Source: Candidatus Eiseniibacteriota bacterium
GTDB lineage: Bacteria > Eisenbacteria > RBG-16-71-46 > SZUA-252
Reading direction: 5' to 3'
NCBI GenBank assembly: GCA_005893305.1
Contig: VBOZ01000017.1
Coordinates: 12,853 to 76,852 of the forward strand
Length of the DNA: 64,000 bases
The position numbers and the translations under genes are program-made. Below are positions 57,532 through 64,000 of this stretch, one piece after another (position 1 is the first letter of the stretch; each line of letters opens with the position of its first letter). The notes beneath the pieces were generated by a model. The model saw nothing but the letters and a program-made list of their open reading frames with translations, was not told the DNA's origin and did no database searches.

Positions 57532-58160
57532 CAGAACCCCACGCTGATGCCGGCGGCAACCGACTGGAGGGCGTCGGTCGTTCGCTCGCCGGTGGAGAGC
57601 ACGCTCCCGGTTGAGGAGTAGGTGACACTCCGCATCCGGTAGAACGCCGCGGAATATTCGGCGAATATCTTCGTCCGCTTCCACGCGGCGTATTCCACGC
57701 CGGCGCCGGCACTCGCCGAACCGCCGGCCGCATCGTTCGCGTCGTCGAAATTGAAGAGCACTCCTCCGAATCCACCCATGAGGTACGGCCGGAAACTGCC
57801 CGTCAGGAGTCTGCATTGGCCAAGGGCGCGAAGGCTCGAGACGCGGGCGGATTTTCCCGTCGTCTTCCTCGCGGGGTCCACCTGCGTGTAATCCATCAGA
57901 ACGGAAAATCTCCGATCGGCCTCCATCCCGAAGCGGAAACCAAACGACGCCTCACCGTTGAAATCGAGCTTCTTGTCGAACCAGGACGCCCCGGCCATCG
58001 GGGCGACCGTGAATTCACGGTCGGATAGGGCGAACACGGCGCACGGCGCCAACAGCCACAGGCCGGCGGCGATTAGCGCGCAGGCGAGGCGGATGTGGCC
58101 TTGTGGACGGGCCGGAAACCCGCCCGGACGCAGCCGGAGACTCGGGGGAACTGCTTTCAC
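57531..58160 (-). CDS. outer-membrane beta-barrel protein (OmpA-like/OmpW-like 8-strand barrel), C-terminal Phe
   Basis: Signal peptide, alternating amphipathic beta-strands, C-terminal ...AGISVGF; GTG start 5 nt after AGGAGG. Confidence 0.55.
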   Translation of the reverse strand: MKAVPPSLRLRPGGFPARPQGHIRLACALIAAGLWLLAPCAVFALSDREFTVAPMAGASWFDKKLDFNGEASFGFRFGMEADRRFSVLMDYTQVDPARKTTGKSARVSSLRALGQCRLLTGSFRPYLMGGFGGVLFNFDDANDAAGGSASAGAGVEYAAWKRTKIFAEYSAAFYRMRSVTYSSTGSVLSTGERTTDALQSVAAGISVGF

Positions 58161-58294
58161 CGTACCTCCTTACAGCGCGCCGGGGGAGTGCGCGGGGCTT
58201 GTGATGCGGGCACGTTCCGTGTACCATCGCAGATTCTACTCTAGGTGCCGTCGCACCCGCAATGCGCCTCATTTGAAATGACTTCCGGGGACCG

Positions 58295-59290
58295 ATGACC
58301 CGACGCGAGCGAATTCGAAAGACCCTGCTGGGCGAGGCGACCGATCGGCCGCCGGTCTCCTTCTGGAGGCACTTCTATCACCGGGAGAGCTCGGCGCAGG
58401 ATCTCGCCGAGTCGATGCTGGAGTTCCAGCGGATCTACGACTGGGACCTGATGAAGGTGAACCCGCGTGCGTCTTATCACGTCGAAGACTGGGGAGTGCG
58501 GACGAAGCGGGACGGCAGCGGCCCGCTCGACAAACCGAAGGTCGTCGAGACGCCGATCCGCCGGCCCGAGGATTGGGACCGGATCCGTCCGCTCGATCCG
58601 ACGAAAGGGGTTCTGGGTGAGATGCTCGACGCCGAGGAGCGAATCGCGGCGTCGATCCAAGGGGATACCGACTGGATCATGACGGTTTTCAATCCGATTT
58701 CCATCGCGGCCGACCTCGTGCATGAGGACGCCGTGTTCGTGGATCACCTCCGCAACCACGGCGATCGAGTGCACGGCGCGCTCCGCGCGATCACGGACAC
58801 GTTCTCGGGATTCGTTCGCGAGACGATCCGCCGCGGCGCCTCGGGCATTTTCTTCGCCACGACCGACTGGGCGAACGACACGCGGATCGGTGCTGAGATC
58901 ACGAGAGAGTTCGGCCGTCCGTACGATCTCAAAGTATTGGCCGAGGCCGATGGCGCGCTCCTGAACACGCTTCACGTCTGCGGCCCGGGGGCCTACCTGA
59001 ACGATCACCTCGACTACCCGGTGTCGGTCCTATCCTGGGACGCGCGGGCGCTGCGGAATCCCTCGATCCGCGAGGTCCATCTCCTCACGGCGAAGACGCT
59101 CCTTACCGGGATCGATCACGAAGGTACCTTCGTCCGGGGACCGATCGAGGCGATTCAGGAAGAGGCTCGCTCCGCGATCCAGGAATCAGGCGGAACGCGC
59201 TTCATCCTCGGGCCCGGGTGCGCCGTGCCCGCGGCGGCGCCGCTGGAGCATTTCCGGGCCGCCCGGGACATGGCGGTCGCATGCGCCTGA
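58295..59290 (+). CDS. uroporphyrinogen decarboxylase (URO-D) family protein / MtaA-CmuA-like methyltransferase fold
   Basis: TIM-barrel URO-D family pattern (RPPVSFWRH...DWDLMKVNP...[10 protein letters not shown]...LHVCG); 331 aa. Confidence 0.6.
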   Translation: MTRRERIRKTLLGEATDRPPVSFWRHFYHRESSAQDLAESMLEFQRIYDWDLMKVNPRASYHVEDWGVRTKRDGSGPLDKPKVVETPIRRPEDWDRIRPLDPTKGVLGEMLDAEERIAASIQGDTDWIMTVFNPISIAADLVHEDAVFVDHLRNHGDRVHGALRAITDTFSGFVRETIRRGASGIFFATTDWANDTRIGAEITREFGRPYDLKVLAEADGALLNTLHVCGPGAYLNDHLDYPVSVLSWDARALRNPSIREVHLLTAKTLLTGIDHEGTFVRGPIEAIQEEARSAIQESGGTRFILGPGCAVPAAAPLEHFRAARDMAVACA

Positions 59291-59664
59291 CAGCCTTCAA
59301 ATCCAAGATCCATCGGGCCCGTGTCACCGAGGCCGATCTCAATTACGAAGGATCGGTCACGGTCGACGCCGATCTCTTGGACGCGGCCGACATTCTGGTC
59401 CACGAGCAGGTGCAGGTCCTCAACGTGATGAACGGGGAGCGATTCGACACCTACGCGATCCGCGGCCCCCGCGGGAGCGGCATGGTTCGCCTGAACGGTC
59501 CGGCGGCGCGCCTCGCCCACGTCGGCGATCTCGTCATCATCCTGAGCTACGCCGGGATGGAGCGCGAAGAGCTGCTCCGCCACACGCCGAAGGTCGTCCT
59601 GGTCGACGAGCGGAACCGGATCGTGACGCCGAGCGGCGCCGGGCACTCGGGAGGCTCCCGATGA
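59281..59664 (+). CDS. panD: aspartate 1-decarboxylase
   Basis: [29 protein letters not shown] (Gly-Ser self-cleavage site), [16 protein letters not shown]; 127 aa. Confidence 0.9.
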   Translation: MRLTAFKSKIHRARVTEADLNYEGSVTVDADLLDAADILVHEQVQVLNVMNGERFDTYAIRGPRGSGMVRLNGPAARLAHVGDLVIILSYAGMEREELLRHTPKVVLVDERNRIVTPSGAGHSGGSR

Positions 59665-60930
59665 AGCGGCTCGCGGCGATCGCGCTGGCCGCGATCGCGA
59701 CCGCGCTGGCCTTCGCCGCCCTTGGCGCCTCGCCGCCGGCCGGATCGGGCAAGCCTCAGGTCGACGTCCTGACGTTGGAAGGCGCGATCCAGCCCATCAG
59801 CGCGGAGGTCTTCCTGCAGGCAATCGACCGGGCCGAGAAGGAGAAGCGCGAAGCCCTGATCGTCCGGCTCGACACGCCGGGCGGGCTCGACACCTCGATG
59901 CGCGACATTATCAAGCGGATCCTCATCTCCGAGGTGCCGGTCGTGATCTACGTCTCGCCCTCGGGCGGCCGGGCCGCGAGCGCGGGGACGTTCATCGCCA
60001 TGGCCGCGCACGTGGCGGCCATGGCAGGTGGGCGGAGGCGACGTGGGGTCCAAGGACCTCGCGCGCAAGGTGAAGAACGACGCCGTGAGCTACATCCGGT
60101 CCCTCGCCGCGCAGCACGGTCGGAACGCCGACTGGGCGGAGAAGGCGGTGCGCGAGGGAGGCTCGCTGGGGGAGACGGACGCGCTACGGATGAAGGTCGT
60201 CGACCTGGTCGCGCGCGACGTCGACGAGCTCCTCGTCGCGATCGACGGGCGGACCGTCACGGTCGCGGGCCGCGCGCGAACGCTCCACACGAAGGGCGCG
60301 GAGCGCCACGAGGTGAGCGCGACCTGGCGGCAGAAGCTCCTGAGCCGCATCATCGACCCGAACGTCGCCTACATCCTGTTCATCCTCGGCTTCTACGGGA
60401 TCCTTTTCGAGCTGTCGAACCCGGGGGCGATCCTTCCCGGCGTCGTGGGCGGGATCTGTCTCCTTCTGGCTTTCCTCGCGTTCCAGGCGCTGCCGGTCAA
60501 CTTGACCGGGGTGTTCCTCATCGTGTTCGCGATGGTCCTCTTTGCGGTCGACGTGAAGGTGCAGAGCCACGGCATTCTTACGCTCGGGGGGGTGGTGTCT
60601 TTGCTGCTCGGGTCGTTGATCCTGCTCGGCGGCGAGCCTGGCGTCGCGCGGGTCTCGCTCTCGGTGATCGCGACCGTGGTCGGGGTCACCGTCGCCTTCT
60701 TCGTGTTCGTTCTCGGCGCGGCGTACCGCGCTCAGCGGCGAAAGCCGGTCACTGGAATTCAGGGGCTCATCGGGGAACGCGGGACGGCGCTGACCGACCT
60801 CGCCCCGTCGGGACAGGTGTTTCTCCACGGCGAGTACTGGACCGCTCAGGCGGACGCTCCGATCTCCAAGGGCTCCGCCGTCGTCGTGGATCGTGTCGAC
60901 GGGCTCTCGCTCAAGGTCAAGAAGGCCTAA
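59661..60930 (+). pseudogene. nfeD: NfeD-family membrane-bound ClpP-class serine protease (STOPP operon), frameshifted near 60024-60030 (+1; G-run), likely assembly error
   Basis: N-terminal protease domain (LDTPGGLDTSMRDIIKRILISEVPVVIYVSPSGGRAASAGTFIAMAAH) in frame 59661; continuation (KVKNDAVSYIRSLAAQHGRNADWAEKAVRE..., TM helices, C-terminal OB-fold) in frame 60028-60930. Confidence 0.75.
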
Positions 60931-60942
60931 AGGGGGTCGCGA

Positions 60943-61710
60943 ATGGTCTCGTATTCGTTTTTGACGGTCCTGTTCATCGGGATCCTTCTCCTCACCAGCT
61001 CCATCAAGGTGCTCCGGGAATACGAGCGCGGGGTGATCTTCCGACTCGGGCGCTCGATCGGAACGAAGGGCCCGGGGCTCATCTTCCTCATCCCGATCGT
61101 GGACAAGATGGTCAAGATCCCGCTCCGGACGGTGGCCATGGACGTGCCGCCCCAGGACGTGATCACGCGCGACAACGTTTCGGTGAAGGTGAACGCGGTG
61201 ATCTATTTCCGCGTCCTCGACGCGACCCGGGCGGTGCTGGAGGTCGAGAATTACCTTTACGCCACCTCCCAGATCGCGCAGACGACCCTTCGGAGTACGC
61301 TCGGCCAGGCGGAGCTGGACGAGCTCCTCGCGAACCGGGACAAGATCAACAAGGAGCTCCAGCTGGTGATCGACGGCCACACCGAGCCGTGGGGGATCAA
61401 GGTCAGCACCGTCGAGGTGAAGAACGTCGACCTGCCCCAGGAGATGCAGCGGGCGATCGCGCGCCAGGCCGAGGCGGAGCGCGAGCGGCGCGCCAAGGTC
61501 ATCAACGCGGAAGGGGAGCTCCAGGCGAGTCAGAAGCTCTCCGAGGCGGCCAAGGTTCTCGCGACCCAGCCGCTCGCGATGCAGCTCCGGTATCTGCAGA
61601 CGCTCGCCGAGATCGCGACCGAAAACAACTCGACCACCATCTTCCCGGTGCCCATCGATCTGTTCGAACCGCTGATTCGCGCCCGGGTGCTGGCGGAAAA
61701 GTCATCGTAG
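60943..61710 (+). CDS. SPFH/band-7 stomatin-like protein
   Basis: N-terminal TM, SPFH core ([16 protein letters not shown]...[16 protein letters not shown]), coiled coil; classic nfeD-stomatin pair. Confidence 0.85.
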   Translation: MVSYSFLTVLFIGILLLTSSIKVLREYERGVIFRLGRSIGTKGPGLIFLIPIVDKMVKIPLRTVAMDVPPQDVITRDNVSVKVNAVIYFRVLDATRAVLEVENYLYATSQIAQTTLRSTLGQAELDELLANRDKINKELQLVIDGHTEPWGIKVSTVEVKNVDLPQEMQRAIARQAEAERERRAKVINAEGELQASQKLSEAAKVLATQPLAMQLRYLQTLAEIATENNSTTIFPVPIDLFEPLIRARVLAEKSS

Positions 61711-61741
61711 TCTCCAGGGATTGTTCCAAGGAGGAATTCCC

Positions 61742-62293
61742 GTGAAACAGGATTCGACGACGTTCCGTCCCGCGGATCTCGCCACCGCCCCCGCGGGCCC
61801 CGCTCCGACCGAGCCGCAGCGGCTCCTTCCGGCCCGGGTGGCGGAACGGGTGCGGCGGGGCGATCCGCTTCGCGACGTGCTCGAGTTCATGGTGGCGGAG
61901 CTCAAGTGGCACTTCCCGGCGTACGCCTGGGCCGGCGTCTACCTGACGCAGGGGGAAGTTCTGGAATTGGGCCCGTTCCGCGGCCCGGAGTCGCCGCACC
62001 ACCGCATCCGGATCGGAGTCGAGGGCATCTGCGGCTGGGTGGCGCAGCACGCCGTCCCGCAAGTGATTCCCGACGTGAACGCCGACCCGAGGTATCTGAG
62101 CTGCAGCGCCTCGATCCGTTCCGAGATCGTGGTCCCGATCGTGCACGAAGGCCGCGTGTGGGGTGTGATCGACATCGACTCGGAGACGCCCGCCGCCTTC
62201 ACGCAGCGGGACCTCGACGTGCTGGTGGAGCTGGCGCGCGTCGTCGCACCCTCCTTTGCCCCGGCTTCCGCGGACGCGGCGGGGCGCGCGTGA
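61742..62293 (+). CDS. GAF-domain free methionine-(R)-sulfoxide reductase (fRMsr/YebR-like)
   Basis: GVYL..., GICGWVAQHAVPQVIPDVNADPRYLSCSASIRSEIVVPIV..GRVWGVIDIDS matches fRMsr catalytic Cys pattern; GTG start. Confidence 0.75.
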   Translation: MKQDSTTFRPADLATAPAGPAPTEPQRLLPARVAERVRRGDPLRDVLEFMVAELKWHFPAYAWAGVYLTQGEVLELGPFRGPESPHHRIRIGVEGICGWVAQHAVPQVIPDVNADPRYLSCSASIRSEIVVPIVHEGRVWGVIDIDSETPAAFTQRDLDVLVELARVVAPSFAPASADAAGRA

Positions 62294-63687
62294 GCGCGGA
62301 CCGTTACGACATCGCGGTCCTGGGCGGGGGCCCCGGAGGGTACGTGGCCGCGATCCGCGCCGGCCAGCTCGGTCTGAAGACGGTCCTGATCGAGAAGGAG
62401 AAGGTCGGGGGGACGTGCCTTCACGTGGGCTGCATCCCCACGAAGGCGCTCCTGGAGGCCGCGGAGGTGCTCACGCTCTGTCGCAAGGCCGGCGAATTCG
62501 GAGTGCGCGTCGCGGAGGCGACGCTCGATCTGAAGGCGGCGATGGAGCGGAAAGACCGGGTGGTGAAGAAGAACTTCATGGGAACCGAATCGCTCCTCCG
62601 GAAGAACAAGGTGACGACGGTGAAGGGGTTCGGATCGTTCGTGGCCCCGGGCCGGATCGAGGTAAAGGACGCCGCCGGCGCCAAGTCGACGGTCGAGGCG
62701 AAGGCGGCCATTGTCGCCACCGGATCGCGCGTGGGATCGCTGCCGATGGCGCCGGTGGACGGCCGCATCGTGCTCTCGAGCGACGAGATCTTGAGCCTCG
62801 ACCGCGTGCCGGAAACGCTCCTCGTGATCGGCGCGGGCGCCGTCGGAGTCGAGTTCGCGTCGATCTACCACTCGTTCGGCTCGAAGGTGACCCTGATCGA
62901 GCGCCTTCCCCGGATCGTTCCGGTCGAGGACGAGGAGGTCTCCGAGGCGCTCCTGCGCTCCTTCTCGCGGCAGGGGATGGAGGTGCACGTCGGCGCGAAC
63001 CTAAAGAGCGTGCGCGTCGACGGCGACGGCGCCTGGAGCGAGCTCGAGGTGAAGGGGGAGACGAAGCGGATCCGCACGGAGCGCGTGCTGATGGCCGCGG
63101 GGCGGAAGCCCGTGACGGACGGTATCGGGCTCGAGACGCTCGGGGTCGCGATGGATCGCGGATATGTCACCGTCAACGAATACATGGAAACGAACGTCCC
63201 GGGGCTCTACGCGATCGGGGACGTGACGCCGACGGCGGCCCTCGCCCACGTGGCATCGCACGAGGGGCTCGTCGCGGTCGAGCGTATCGCAGGGAAGAAT
63301 CCTCACCCGGTGGACTACAATGCGATCCCGAACTGCACCTACTGCCACCCCCAGGTCGCCAGCGTCGGCCTCACCGAGACTCAGGCGCGCGCGGCGGGGC
63401 GCTCGGTCCGGACGGGGAAGTTTCCGTTCACGGCCAACTCGAAGGCGTCGATCCTGGGTCAGGGCGAGGGATTCGTGAAGGCGGTGTCGGACGCGGGCAC
63501 GGGCGAGATCCTCGGCGTCCACATCATCGGCGTGCTCGCGACGGAACAGATCGCCGAGTCGGTCGTCGCCCGCCACTTCGAGGCCACCGCGATCGAGCTG
63601 GCGGAGGTGGTTCACGCTCACCCGACGCTGTCCGAAGCCACCATGGAGGCAATGTTTGGAACCGAAGGGCGCTCCATTCACATCTGA
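62290..63687 (+). CDS. lpd: dihydrolipoyl dehydrogenase
   Basis: FAD motif YDIAVLGGGPGGY, redox disulfide GGTCLHVGCIPTK, NAD motif VIGAGAVGVE, C-terminal HAHPTLSE; GTG overlaps previous stop. Confidence 0.95.
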   Translation: MSADRYDIAVLGGGPGGYVAAIRAGQLGLKTVLIEKEKVGGTCLHVGCIPTKALLEAAEVLTLCRKAGEFGVRVAEATLDLKAAMERKDRVVKKNFMGTESLLRKNKVTTVKGFGSFVAPGRIEVKDAAGAKSTVEAKAAIVATGSRVGSLPMAPVDGRIVLSSDEILSLDRVPETLLVIGAGAVGVEFASIYHSFGSKVTLIERLPRIVPVEDEEVSEALLRSFSRQGMEVHVGANLKSVRVDGDGAWSELEVKGETKRIRTERVLMAAGRKPVTDGIGLETLGVAMDRGYVTVNEYMETNVPGLYAIGDVTPTAALAHVASHEGLVAVERIAGKNPHPVDYNAIPNCTYCHPQVASVGLTETQARAAGRSVRTGKFPFTANSKASILGQGEGFVKAVSDAGTGEILGVHIIGVLATEQIAESVVARHFEATAIELAEVVHAHPTLSEATMEAMFGTEGRSIHI

Positions 63688-64000
63688 CCGCCCCGCGCCG
63701 GGCGTCCCGATCTCGCTCACGCTTCCCTCCGATCGGAGGAAGGAAGCGGCCGAGAAGCGGAAGCCGCTCCGCCTCTACGAGCGCCTCACCGTCGCCCCCG
63801 TCGGGCCGCGCCGACCGGACTGGCTTCGCGCCCGCATTCCGACGGGCGCGGCCTATCACGAGACCAAGGCGATTCTCCGGAGCCTCGATCTCCACACGGT
63901 CTGCGAGAGCGCCAATTGCCCGAACATCGGCGACTGCTTCTCCCGGCACACCGCGACCTTTCTCATCCTCGGAAACGTCTGCACGCGCTCCTGCCCGTTC
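63656..64000 (+). CDS. lipA: lipoyl synthase LipA (5' part; continues beyond window end), start tentative (TTG 63656)
   Basis: RPDWLRARIP, LHTVCESANCPNIGDCF, ATFLILGNVCTRSCPF (radical-SAM CxxxCxxC) in frame; no ATG/GTG in frame after lpd stop, TTG at 63656 overlaps lpd 3' end. Confidence 0.8.
   Translation, partial: MEPKGAPFTSDRPAPGVPISLTLPSDRRKEAAEKRKPLRLYERLTVAPVGPRRPDWLRARIPTGAAYHETKAILRSLDLHTVCESANCPNIGDCFSRHTATFLILGNVCTRSCPF

Noticed and set aside
59661-61745. 694-aa + strand ORF spanning nfeD through the stomatin gene
   Set aside because: Only the first ~120 aa are NfeD-like; the rest is out-of-frame read-through. The real genes are frameshifted nfeD (59661-60930) and the SPFH protein (60943-61710) in other frames.

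Overview
High-GC (~67%) bacterial chromosomal window packed with core housekeeping genes, almost all on the + strand, with gene order strikingly like Firmicutes (ffs-dnaX-ybaB-recR; cinA-thpR-recA-recX-alaS; ispE-spoVG-tRNA-prs-ctc-pth; rpsF-rpsR-yybS-rplI; smc-ftsY) although the organism looks didermic (OMP beta-barrel, Nuo complex I, Liv transporter). Taxonomic guess from content (MglAB, bacillithiol genes, GGGPS, SpoVG, selA): an FCB-group/Gemmatimonadota-like lineage; this cannot be proven from sequence alone. The window holds 6 tRNAs and an SRP RNA that no ORF track shows. It carries a partial, rearranged nuo cluster (nuoI-ZIP-nuoB-D-F-G), a livKHMGF operon followed directly by selA, and bshC-bshA. 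The most unusual locus is a tightly coupled five-gene cluster (12677-16884): a PcrB/GGGPS-type prenyl-glyceryl-phosphate synthase, a long-form sugar-1-P nucleotidyltransferase, an RmlD-like reductase, GmhA sedoheptulose-7-P isomerase and a UbiA prenyltransferase closely resembling mycobacterial decaprenyl-phosphate phosphoribosyltransferase. I read it as a candidate glycosylated ether-/polyprenyl-lipid pathway. Other notable items are a MglA/MglB polarity GTPase module, a TPR-fused NtrC-family AAA+ regulator whose GAFTGA sigma-54 contact motif is replaced (AGGPGG), and a SPOR-domain protein with a degenerate ParA-like N-terminus. Two conserved genes (ispE, nfeD) have single-nucleotide frameshifts in G-runs and two (pth, bshC) lack canonical start codons in front of conserved N-termini. 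Together these suggest homopolymer/indel errors in the assembly rather than true pseudogenes. No mobile elements, CRISPR arrays or prophage genes were seen.
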